From NCBI GenBank assembly GCA_036172245.1, contig JAYWIR010000026.1, positions 1,798,001 through 1,862,000 on the forward strand: a stretch of 64,000 nt of DNA, read 5' to 3'. The position numbers and the translations under genes are program-made. The DNA is from Raillietiella orientalis. Its lineage: Eukaryota. Each line of letters starts with the position of its first letter. Within the stretch, counting starts at the first letter, position 1. Shown here one piece after another: positions 50,581 through 62,868 of this stretch. Under the pieces are notes generated by a model. The model searched no databases. It had not been told where the DNA came from and was given only the letters and a program-made list of their open reading frames with translations.

Positions 50581-53500
50581 GCCGAACCCCATTCAGAAGT
50601 ACGGTCTTGTTGGAGAATGCCTCGCGACATCTTCCGACTAGTCCAGGGCAAGGTCAAGTTGCTTGAAAAGAAGACTAGCTCGGTCCGCACCTGGCAGAAC
50701 CGACGAGGTGACCATCAACGCATCGACTCTGCATGTGAGAAACGGAGAAATTTCCTATCTACTCCTTCGCATCGGATGAATCCGCGGATGTCACAGGAGC
50801 GACGCAGTTGTCGATTTTTACCAGGAGAGTGGACAAAGAGACGCTGCTTTGAGGAGCTACTTCGGGTCATTCTGCTTGAAGGTGCTACGACACAGGATGA
50901 CCTACTTTTCGAGCAGTTGGACCTACTATCACCTAAATTTAGCTTGCGAGGTGAAACTGTAAATGTTTCAATAGGTCGAACTCCGTAGATGCTGGGAAGA
51001 GCAATGATCTTGTAATCTCACTGAAAGAGAAACTGGAATTGGGCAGCCAGAGTTCGGAAAGTTCCGTTCCCTGGCCTTATATGCCGTATTGGAAGCGTCA
51101 TCGTGGTCAGCGCCCCGTCGGTAGCGCCTTTGGCGACGACATGTGTAAATTCCGTGAGAAATCCTTTGGGCCTCGATCATTCAGTTTAAGCCATGTTTAC
51201 CTGGACCAGAGGCAGGATATGGGCACGTTCCACATTGTTCTTATGTTAGACGGTTCAGTAAAGTGAAATGTGAAGGCTCGAAGCGAAGAAGTTGTTTATG
51301 GGTATGGAAGGCAGTCGGGTCCCTGAAAAGGAAACGACCGGCTACAGGAATCACAAAGCCGAGAGGCCTCGTGATCCAGCACTTCTCGTGGAAATCACTA
51401 CTCATTTAGCGGAATATTAAGCTTCAGGCCCGATGCAGTTAATCAACCCTCTCTATTTCAATATCACTGCCTGTCAAACGTAATTGAAATTGCGGGAAAG
51501 CAGTCTTCTCAACAGTGACTTCGCATATTTTCCCTACCCTGCAGCCAATGAATCGCAAGGCATCTTGGATGACGTATGGGAAGGAATGTGGAGAAGCCAT
51601 GGAAAACAGGTTCGGAGCATTTAATGAAATTAAGATGAAGCTGTAATTACCTTCAACTCCGTTTTGGGTACAACTAGGGATGACTTTCAAATCTTCAGCT
51701 TGAATTAATTGATTTTACAAGATGACGGTTCACTTAGGACCGAAGCTTCCACTAACTGGATTTTATGAGACCTCCCTTCCTGTAGCGCGATATCCTCTTA
51801 TAAAGGCACATGTCTTGAAAGTATCTGCCCTCTCTGGAACCACGCATGGGCGAGGGCACTGCTCTTCGAGGATGGCCATCGCCAAGAGTTGGCCCACGGA
51901 TGGAGATCCTCGCAACCAGCTCCGCCTTGCTGATTCGCAATCCGGTCCTGGCATCAGGAAGTTTGCACAAGAACAGGAAAAACAGGAATCCCAAGATGCG
52001 TGCTTGGCAGCTCTAACAGTCAATTAATCAAAATGAATATTTTATACAGTTTTGATGAATTCTTTTTTTTTTTTTTTTTTAATCACAGAAAGGATGATCA
52101 ATGCCATGTGATTATGGCATGAATCATCCTGTCATCGTATTCTAAGCATGTAATTTTATATAATAAATAGGTTTAATTATTTTTCGTTCTCTTAGTACAT
52201 GTTTTCATAGCTATATGAAAAGGTGAACTTTCTTATCTATATGTAAATAATGCATTTGATCCAACAAATCTCAAAATTTGATCCATTCGAGAAATACCTG
52301 GTTGCTAAGGTTTTGTTTAGAGTTCTCATCTTTTGTTATTCATCTATAATTGTTTTGTCCAGTGTTTCATGAATGGAAATGTTCTTCGTAAAAAAAAGAG
52401 GGAAACCTGATTGCCCATTTCTTTTAGTCATTTTCCTTTGAACCAACCCCCAACGAGTAAGATGAATCAGCTAATAGTTGGAACAGTGGAGTTGGTGGAC
52501 ATTCGCAGGGCTTTAGAAAGAAAAAAAATAATATAGAAAAACGTCATCCATTGTCTATAAAAAGCGATAGATACAAAGTTCGTTGATACAAAAAGCTCCC
52601 ACCACTGCTCTAGAGTGATGTTCTCTAATTTTCACGGTGGTAAGAGAAAATGAGGGCAAATCAGCCCCAAGAGCAAAAAGGTAAAAAAACTTTCCTTATT
52701 AGTAGTCTATCATCTGTCTATAATAATTGCCTGCAGAACTTCCGGCTCTTTGTCTTTACCTTGATCCGTTGTTTCCCTATTTCCATTTCTGTGCTGAACA
52801 TGTGCATATTCCTGCAGGAATCTGTCTCCTTACTGAACGCGGAAGTCACCAACTACGTAACGCCTAATCATCGCAGTCCCGGTTGATGAAAGCTTGATTT
52901 CTTAAAGGAATCAGGAGGTGTACTAAGTCGGTTGTAAGGCATTACATCCCACATCTGCCGGTGTGCAGCTCCTCACCAACATCAACTGGCATCTGATGGC
53001 TCTTCGTACGAACGATGGCACTCCAATCATTCCTTGAAATAATGGTTTGAATTCTCTGGAACGGCTTCCACGTGACTGAGAAGCATCCAAAGCCACGAAC
53101 CGATGAGGGACCCTCTTGGAAAATCGCCATGCTGCGCTTGCTGCCACGAAATGGATTCTATAGAACGAAGACGCCAAAACCATAAGCGCGCGAGCCCCAA
53201 AAGAACTGGAACCAGCAAGTCTTCTATTTTTCAAGCTGCCTTTCCTCATTACTCCACTTAAACAACAGGGAAACTGTAGAGCAAGCAAGTAGACAAGTGA
53301 AAATAGAAATACGAGAGGAACTGTTTCGTGAATAGCAGTTTTTCCAAAATTTCTTGATGGACAGAACTTCCAGGGCTGTGGATACCTCTTTCAGAGTTCG
53401 TGACTCTGGAGAATGAACCATCCACAGTCGGGGCCCGTGTTGCTCATGGTTACAAAGCGGACACTTGCGACCACTTGCACCATGCGTCTCGAAATAATAC

Positions 53501-53630
53501 TTCAGGAAATCTGTTTTTTGAGAGACACGGAGATGTCATCTCGTCCACCCAGATCGAGGCAGCCAGAGATCCCACCGGAAACCTGCCCGCATCGGAGGCT
53601 TTGTGGTTAAGGCTTCCGCGCGTGGCACTA

Positions 53631-54394
53631 TGCGTCGCGGGTTCGAATACTTCGGCAGAAACTGACGCCACTGCGTCGTTGGGTTCCGAGTTTCTCCTGC
53701 AATGGCGCTGGTTGACCGAGACATTCGGCCGTGGCACCTCCCGGAGGCCCCCGATGAAGGCCGGAACAATGGGAGTCGATCTTCGGGTCCTTCCAGGAAT
53801 CAAGGAGTGGGGAGTTCCCCTTCCGGTCGTGCAACGGAGAGCGGACCTCCGGTTTCAAGATGGAGCAGGAGCCTTCACGGACACCTTTCCAGTTGTTCAA
53901 AGGAGCGGACCCCCCTCTGTTGCGGAAGGACCCTCCGAGTCGCTGCCTCTCCAGAAGAGTGCAAGGAAGCAAGCGAGAGCGATCCCCCTGTGGGAAGCTG
54001 CAGCGCCCCTTCTGAGTTTCGGAAGCGTCCCTTCGGGGTTCTCTTCAGAGGAGTGAACAGGAGCGGTTCCCTTGCGGGTTCCCTCCGGAGAAGAAATTCC
54101 TACAAGCGGATTCTTTCCGGGTTTCCTTCAGAGGAGTTGAAATGGAGAGGACCACCTCCCTCCCAGGGGGTGTTCCTCCGGAGAGAATGAGGAAGGAGAT
54201 TCCCTTCGGGGTTCCCCTTCGGAGACTCCCTTCCGACTCGGAGATCCCCTTCGGGGGATCGCACCTCCCCGTCCGGGGGGATCTCTCCCAAGAGTGAGAG
54301 GAACGGACTCCGAGCCCTTCCTGGATTCATGGGGCGGACGCCCTCCCGGGGTGCCCTCTATCCTGAAGAATTACACGCTCCCCTGCGGGTTGCC
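53631..54394 (-). repeat. LTR (5' LTR position), diverged, with internal ~40-bp tandem array
   Basis: Homologous to 49438-49939 but longer owing to repeated gttcccttcggggttcc-like units (54020-54260); termini are eroded. Confidence 0.55.
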
Positions 54395-54906
54395 GGGAGG
54401 AGAGGCGTGGAAACAAAACAGTGTGTTTAATGTTTAAAAAGAGCCACGTGCGCCGGGAGGCACGCGACCGGCTCTGAGGTACTTGGTGAACCAAAAAAAA
54501 GGAAACCGTTCTGCGCCTTCATGGCTTCTCCCCCCCCGTTCCCCACTTTTCATGCCTCCCCAAAAGGCGCATCGCTTTCGGGCTTCTGCGGCCAAGTCGC
54601 TAACGGCAGAAGAAACCTCTGTCGGCTCTCCGGAGCAACGCAGAAATTCGAAAGCATCTTCTTGCGACCCTTGGGTCGAGGAACTTGCTGGGAGGCTTGC
54701 TGCTTGGTGGGAACCCATCCGCTGTTGCTACGCGACGCCGAAGCGCGCGGCGGCGCCGATCCAGCCGGCCACCGCATAGCAACGATCGATTCAACGCGCG
54801 GGGCTTCTTCTTCTTCCTTCCACCCCATCACGCACGGAGGCTGCGGCATCCGGGTGGCAAGCGGTCTTTGCGCAGCATCTCGGCAACGCAAATCTCTTCT
54901 GCGGGC

Positions 54907-57900
54907 ATGTCCAAGCACAGCTGCGCAGAAATTGACTTCCAGGAAATCGAAGAGCAGTTTCAGAAATCCAGTGCAGAGGATCTTCGGCGCAGTCTGGAAA
55001 ACGAAGCGAAATTCAGAGCTGTTCGCCAAGCTGCATCCTATGAGCAGTTTCGGTAAATATCCCTATATTCTTGTTCTCCGTGGAACCGGATGGTCTGCAA
55101 GGGATCCTGGATCCCCGAGGCCTCTTTCCGGCTTGCCTGGACCACTTTGCCCGAGTTGTGCGATACGAAATGACACGGAACCAGTTTCACTTGTGCCAGC
55201 ACATTCAGTACACAAGTTCGTGCTTGTATAAAAAATGAAAAGAAATCCATGCCGTCATTGCTTACAAATACTGCTGCAACCGCGGGTGATATATAGAATT
55301 CAACGTAAATCTGTGAGTTTCGATCTCAACATATTACGACGTCATCGCTGGGCAAGTTGCTATGCTTTGATCTCGAGTGTGCGTTTTTTTCCTTCTTCCT
55401 TTCAAGGGACAATCGGGCTGAACCGAAATTCCCCAGTGATACAGTTTCGTATCTCAGTAAGCAATTCACAAGTTGAATTTCTTATTCGTTGCTCTCTCTG
55501 CCATGCCTGCAGGGAAAGCGAACTGACAACACTCCCACGCAAGTCAGGTTTCCTCCAGCCGCCCATGGCTTATTAATTAACGTGAATCGCCCTTGCATCC
55601 CAAATCTACCCATACCCAAGGGATGCAAGGATGGTTTAGGATCCGAGCGCAAGGAGCCACAGCAAAGTTCCCTTTACGGAAGCGGAGGATATCGTTCATT
55701 TTCTCGGCCGCCATACTTTGCAAGAGTTTCGAGTCCGTGCTGGGACACTCCCACAAGGTGTCCTTCGAAGAAATGTGTGAGGAAACGCTATTCCGCAAAG
55801 GCTGCAGCTGCTGCCAATATTTTGCGAGTCTCAGTAAGGACAACCTCTGGGACGTCATTAAGGCATTCCTCCCTTCTGATAAGCCTAATTCTCAGGAGAA
55901 CTCTGACGGTTTTACCTTTGCACGTTCAGATCTGACTTGAGGAAATCTTGATAAATATGGAGCTTAAGAAAACACGCATGTGATTGAAGAGAGGGGAGCC
56001 GAAAGATTCATGGCTCGAAATCATCGGTGGTTTTATCCTTATCTACATTTGGGAATGAAACAAAGCATTAGGTTTACGGAGGATGCGGAATCTTGGTTCC
56101 AAACCACGTCGATCTGGATTTAACCGAGCACACGGGTTGCTGGGAGATGCTGAAGCTTTCAAACGGTTATTGGTGTTGGTCGCCATTGCCAGTGTCATCA
56201 TCTAGGCTGGAGTTCACCTCAGCTGGAAGATCTGGAGTGAGGTGAACGTTCACGCTAGCGTGAGTGTCACCGGAGTATCTCCTTTTTATTGAACGCTACT
56301 TTTTCGGAAGTGGCACCTGAAGAATCATCGGCAGCAGTTTCTCTGTGCGGGGAGGAGCGGGGCGAGGGGGAACATACTGCTTCCACTGAATCGAAAATAA
56401 GGGGATATATCAGCGAAAGAGTCCAGAGAGAGGCGCGGAAACCAAGCAGGGCACAACTCTCGATAGCACACCTTGAACATGCGGATGGCTTGCGAGGTAA
56501 CTGCTTGTGGAGGAGGGAAGGTGTACTGTTTTCCGAAATGAGCCTCCACGGGCACTCCCTCCACAAGCGAGGAAGAAGAAGAGCCGCGTAGAGAACGTAC
56601 TCTGAGAGATCATACGCGAAGGATTCAGAAGCTCCTGATGGGGTCGAAGTGCTTCCATCGAAGCCGAAAATTTTGCAATTGAATCATGAAGTTATGCGAT
56701 GCGGTGCGAGAGAGGTGAATTCTCTGCTCCAGCGTACTGAGAATCGCCTCTCTGAAGGTCTGTCATTAACCTCTTCATGCAGCGATCCCACTGAGAGTGC
56801 CGCCGGATGAGAATCGCATGTCGTATTCTGAATTTCGGAGTAAGTGGTACCACTGACATTCTCTGGAACGAATGTCAGTGCATAACGCGAATGCTCTCCA
56901 AGTGCTCGAATTTCGAATCGCTATCACGAAGCAGGGCCTCTTCCCTGAGGATTCGGAACATCAAGAGACAACAGTCTGCATCTATTTCATCTTGAACCGC
57001 CCGTCTGAATGCAACGCAGGTAGACTCTCTTGATTCCCACTCGTTCGACAGCATCCACGCAAACGCTGCATGCTCGGTTTATATGGACATTTATGAATCC
57101 GTTTAGAAGACTCCACCGGAAATTTTCCCACAGCATCTGATGCTAACAAGCGCTATCAGCAGAACCAGGAGGCGAATTAGAATGGAATCGGCCACGGGAT
57201 TTCTATCGGTTTCTCTGAACATGGAAAAGGCATCAGACGAGTGTGCTGAATGGAAATGAGGATTATCAAAGTGTTTCATAAGGGACGCGCAATTTCCGTG
57301 TTCCACGAACCGATTATGACGAGGCGCAGTTTCAGTTTTAAGCATTTCTTGGTTTGAGTGTCCGCTCTGAAACATGGGATCCTTAAGTCGGAGACACCGT
57401 CGCTACTTGAGGATTTTGCGAACAAAGATAAATCGTCAGGCAGATAAGGATATAACGATCGATGATTTTAAAGCGATGAATCTTTTCTGTCTCCCCCCTC
57501 TTCGATCGCATGCGTGTTTTCTCAAGCTCCGCCTCTGTCAAGATTTCCTCAGGTCAGATCCGAGCACGGAAAGGTGAAACCGTCAGAGTTCTTTGAAAAT
57601 TAGGTTTATCAGACGAAATGCCTTAATGAGGCCCAGAGGCTGTCCTCATTGAGATTCGCAAACAATTTAGCAATTCCAATGCAGAGCGAAACTCTTCACA
57701 CATCTATGGAGAGCATTTTGCGAGAGTATGACGGTGTTTTGTCGTATTCTTCATTGTACACAGAGCTTCCGTTCAATATGTACAACAACACCACAAAGGG
57801 AGAAACAGCGTTCCATAAAGTTCCGAGCTCAGGAAGAAAACGTGCTTTTTTTGGGTTTTTGTTTTTTTTTGATTATCTCATGCGCGCGTGTTTTTCACTT

Positions 57901-58121
57901 ATACCGGTAAAAAAAAAAAAATTCTCATTCCTCATGTTTTCTCAAGTTTCATGCGTGTTAATCTAAGAGTGGTCAGCGACTTTGCTAATTGCACGAGCTT
58001 GGTGTTTAGGGAGATCGTCGGGGCGTGTCTTTTGAAACCTCTGGATAGGAAATCTTGGGTCATTCAAAGGAGTCATGAGAGAGACCTTCCCCATGAAATG
58101 TGCACAATCTTCAAGAAATGA
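54907..58121 (+). CDS. CCDC103: CCDC103-like dynein attachment factor (N-terminal domain only), 2 exons, 85 aa
   Basis: Exon 54907-55052 MSKHSCAEIDFQEIEEQFQKSSAEDLRRSLENEAKFRAVRQAASYEQFR (cg|gtaaat) joins in phase to exon 58010-58121 (tttag|g) EIVGACLLKPLDRKSW...KK*. This matches the CCDC103 pattern IxF..LE..L..A...D.....EN.AK.RAV.Q..SY.EFR.IV.A..LKPL. Confidence 0.88.
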
Positions 58122-61100
58122 CTCGCTGTCGGCGGGTGGAGTAAGTGAGGCAGCGGAACCAGTAAGTCGTGTTGTGCCTCCTGCTACCGCATAAGAGAGT
58201 TTGTTTGCTTCGGCGAAGCCCACGAAGGGACCCCCGCAAAAACCACAGTTCTTTCTCATTTCAGAACACGTGTGAGAAGCTTCCCGAACACTTGCTCCAT
58301 TTTCCTGGCAAGGGACGCCGGTGACTTCGAAGTTGCGGAACACGCGCCGCCGCAACTGACTGCAGAGTACATTTTGCTAATTCTAATCGCTAAAGTCTGT
58401 CGAGTAACATGCATCAAGATTAGTGGGATGCTCTTGCTATTTTACTAGGGAAGTTTCCCGTGAATGGGGTCGGTCATTCGTGCCTATGAATGGGATCAGC
58501 TTCATTTTTTTTACTACGAAGCTCGTGATTTGTAGAGGCGTTGGAATCATCGTTCCACTACTCTTGTAAAAGTGGGAACCTTTGATTCTTTCTCTGACTG
58601 AGTTCTCAAAGTCCTCTGTTTTTTTTTTTCTCCTGGCCACCAGTCTATCAGCCCTCGGATCCTTTTATGGCTTGTTGTGCTCCTGTGATACGAATGCGTC
58701 TTGGAAAGCACGTTTCGTTTCTTTTATCTTGGTTAAAAGACAAGGGACATCAAGTCGTAAGGATGTCATGATTCAAAGATTCACTCCCCCATCGTTGTAC
58801 ACCATTCGGGATAGATCGCATTCCGTTTTCACAAATTTCATACGCTATTTTGCATCTTTATCATCTGGTATTTGTAATACAAAGGGTCACATCCTGTAGA
58901 TATCTCAAAAACTCTGCAAAGGCTAACGGATGCGGCTACTAAGAGATGCCTAGAAACTGCTCACGTACGTTATTCATCCCCAACGTTTCAATGCGAATTT
59001 CACGGAGTCCCTCTTCCGAAAGATGGATTGCAGGCACCGCGTTCGCAAGGCGGAAAATTTTTCCTCCAAGCTTCCGATGGCTGCAGTAAGTGACAGCCTC
59101 ACTTTTCCATCTTTAGTGGAACACAGCACTCGCTTGCTCTTTCCTGGTAGTCAGAAATAAGTGTGTGTTTTTTCTTTTACTTTTGTGCATGTCTAGATTT
59201 CCTTTCGATAGCAGAACAAAGTCTTTCTCTTTCTGCCGCACTGCACAGACCTCACGATTCGGTTCTCTGCTTTCGAATGGGAACAATTCACTTTCCATGA
59301 CACTGCCCATTAGGGCTTCGCACTACGCTATTTGAGCGCCTTACCAACATCGGCAACGCTCTTTCTTGGAACGTGGAGGATCACCTCCTAATCGCAACTG
59401 TCAAACAAGTCCATTGCCCCTGCTCTGGGCTTTCTGTACTATCTCGCTCTTTCATCTCCACAGTGTGCATCATTTACATCGGAACCACGTTGACCTCGAG
59501 GCTCTACGACCGCATTAATGGCGTACATACAGCATCCTTTTCCGTCCTGCTCCACACGGAGCTGCTGTTCACGTTGGTGGCTTTTGTAAAGTTGAATGCA
59601 TTGCGTTCCTCCAAAAAATCAAATAAAGGCTTCCGTAGCTTAAGGCTAGTAGCTTTGCAGAAGAGGCTGCAATGCTTTCGAAACTACCTTTGGGCCTTCT
59701 AAATCATTCGAGGAACGCAGCACACTTTAATAAAGGAATTTCGTGGCATTTCAAATTCAGACTTGTGTATTTATTCCGAGTCAGTGTCGGGATCATGGGA
59801 TCTTTCAATTCATCATGAAGACACTAAAACTCGCATCCCCTCCCCTCCCACCCACCCCCAAAAAAAAAAAAAAACTGCCAAATATTTTTCAAGACTGCTA
59901 GGTTTTTTTTTTTCCTTTAAAAAAAAAAAGGCCATTTAGCACATTTTTAACGAATGCGCCTCAACTTCAACCCCAGTTAGCACCAGTTTCTTTGGAACAA
60001 CCGATAGATCTACATCTTTTAGAAGGTCCACATGTTTAGAAGGCCGATCATCGCAACCGCGCTTCCAAGAAGTAAACATGGAATACAATGCCAAGGGAAG
60101 GCACTCGAGCACCATCGACGACAACGCAAATGTTAAGAAAGAAATCGTTCTCGTTTCTCAAGAATGTATGGGGGACGTAGCAGTGGACGTAGAAGGATAG
60201 AACTCCAAGGTACATTGATTTGGAGAATATCTGTAATACGACAAATAAGAGCTGAAGCATACGCAAACAAAGCAGACCATGTAATAGAACTTCGATCTAC
60301 AAACAGAAGAGGAATTGAGAAAGGTTCATTGGAAAGTCTGTGGAGAATGTTCTCAATCCCTTCGAAACCAGTGGCAGCTGAGTTTTGACACGAAGCAAGG
60401 GCGACCAGAAAGGCTGTCCACCCCATGGGTCACTCTGTGACCCATCGGAAGTTCAAGGAAGGAGAGTTGTGAAGAAACTGAGGATTGGAATCAAAGCATT
60501 TTTGTCTGAATGGGGCGTTCGGTCCGGTTCACGTAAGCTTCATTAAAGCTCACCACGTTATGTGTGAAGTGTCAACAGTAAATGATAAGACCGTAATCTG
60601 GGGGATCTTTCTTTCCCCACCCCATACCTGCTTTTGCAGGATTCGGCTAGAAAAACTTTTTCCAAGAAGAATCGAAGTATCATGGACGGATGGGCTCGAT
60701 GTAATCTCGTAGGGACTTATGGAACAGTATGGCTGTCGTTGCCGTAAGGATTCTACGCACAGAGTGGAAAAAAATGGGATTCCGTTCAGCATCAGCAGAT
60801 CTGCGCTTCGCGGTGACGGTACGACATGCATCATACACACTGAACATAAGCGAACTGTGCCACCAAGGAGGGTGCACGAAAATCAATGTGGCCATTTTCA
60901 CAATCAAGAAACCCTGCTTTCTGTGCCCAGTTGGGAAAAAGGGAATTCGAGGGCAGCCTTACAAAAGGGAACTGCCATGCAGTGCAAGAACTGTTGAGAT
61001 CACATTCCAAAGTTGGTGAACTTAAAGCAGCTTCTCGAACTTCTTCAAGTGCATACGTGAAAGGCGAAGGTGGTGCACGAGCTGCAAAACCGACAAGCGC

Positions 61101-62847
61101 TCAGTTTTGCTGTGTTCAAGTTAGATGGATTGATGGAGGAGGATTTTTCCTGAGCTTCCAAGAGGAGCACGATTCCACCTATCGGTATGATCACTTCGTC
61201 ATCGTGTTCAGGCGTGACGTCACGCGGAGCCCCAAGTAGCCGTGTCTCGTGCGGATCCTGGATGCGTGATCCTGGAGGCGAATTTGAGGTAACATATGAT
61301 GCACGACTACATCACATAAGGTTCATTCTTATTTACTCACTGGAGACCAGAACCATGTACCTGGAAGTATGACGGAAAAATGGAGGATTTGATGCCCTAG
61401 CTTTGGAAACTACAGCTTTCATAAGCATTTTTTTTTTTTTTTTTGTTGAAAAAAAGGGCTTTTTTTTGTGGCTATGAGGAGCGTTTTCAGTCTATTCCTG
61501 GTGCGACTGATTAGTCGGCACGAATGAGTTACAGAATGCTCATATTTTTCTCGATTTCATCGCCCGGACGTGGCTATATACGAACCTCATGTAATGAGGG
61601 ATTTTGGGGGTCTGAGCTCACATCCCTAGCATCGACCGAATATCGCACCGGAAGCGCTTGAGGAAGTGCATCTTCGGTTTAGATATCGCCCTAGAATAGG
61701 AAAAGTCGTTCACAAGAAAAATCGGAGAAAACTCATTTCTTGTCGACTGAGCAGAATCGAGAAGAGTTCACCGAGTCATTGTGGCACGTGTCGAATTCCT
61801 TGACTCCATTTCGTACACAACTCGTACTTGAAATCAGGAAGCAGAAGAACATTACAAGGCAACTTGCTGCCTCTTCCAATCCCGCATTTTTCCAGTTCCG
61901 GGTCTTGGCAGCGTTTCTGCCAATCATCATCCTGCTTAACAACATGTTGCGAATCTAAGCACGGAAACATCAGTGCACTTTTTCTTACGATCGGCTCCAT
62001 GGAGAGCCTTTCTGCACGCAATGCGGCTGGTCATGCAAGCTTGGTTGCAGGAAAGAATTGCAAGTGCCTTCCTCGAGCTCACTGGTTAACCGACTTCAAT
62101 TTTTCTGCTGTCAAGAGTTTCTGTTGCATCGCATTATCTACTAATATGGACCTTTATGTTTTGACCGGTACACCACGAGGCTGGTGGAAATAAGACCAGA
62201 GCAGCCTTCGTTGTTTGCATTCCAGACAGATGAATCAGTGGGTGAGAGACCTATTTCTCTAATTTTACGGATCCTTGCGGCATTTCGAAATGTCTTCAAC
62301 CAAACTGAACATGTTATCAATGAATGGAGAACAGATAACTGAAGGTGGTTTCCCCATGGGCTTCCACACATCCCCGAAAAGCAGACTGAGAGTATACCTT
62401 CCCTATAGGTTCTGTATGCAGATATGCAGCCGTCACTAAACGCAAACACTTGAGACCTTTTCAAAATACAGAAAGCTCCAAACTGAAAACGCATCTTCTC
62501 TCTAAGGTGCAAAGTTGCACCTTTCCTAGAAACGGATCTAGCTTCGGATGCTGGACTCAGGCGATTTTTATTAATTTATTTTTTTTTTTTTTCTGATGTC
62601 AATTCCACGTAGAGGAAAACGAATCGAAACAGCGCACTTGCAAGAAAGCGATTCGTGATCTTCCTGAGATCTCAAGGAGTGAATCCACTACTAGGGAAGG
62701 AATCATCCGCCTCTCGGTGCACCAGGCAGGCATCACTTCCTAAACACACACAAGTGCGTCCGGGATGCCCAGTTTTTTTCCGGAGAACGAAAAGCGCAGA
62801 TGCAAGCAGAGTGGAGGGTTTGAGGAATTAGGGGTAGTCGATCTGCG

Positions 62848-62868
62848 AATAATAATAATAATAATAAT
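62848..62868. repeat. (AAT)7 microsatellite
   Basis: aataataataataataataat. Confidence 0.9.

Larger units (their letters stand above)
49438..54394 (-). mobile_element. Decayed Ty3/Gypsy LTR retrotransposon (two related LTRs plus RT-RNaseH-integrase remnants)
   Basis: Minus-strand remnants in Gypsy order: RT EKTAF (~51500) and EKCW..PLGFVI (~51350-51390); RNase H DASNTAYKA..PIPVSLSVRL, LLKHLQFHL and PSSRMTR..FVHSPGK (~50790-51110); integrase LRSHNGESFT (SDNG-like, ~50175-50210). Flanked by two same-orientation homologous repeats. Confidence 0.7.

Noticed and set aside
56267..56600. Possible LINE RNase H remnant inside the CCDC103 intron, and a nearby 11-bp hairpin at 56851-56880
   Set aside because: Only vague motif similarity, and the hairpin is short enough to be chance.
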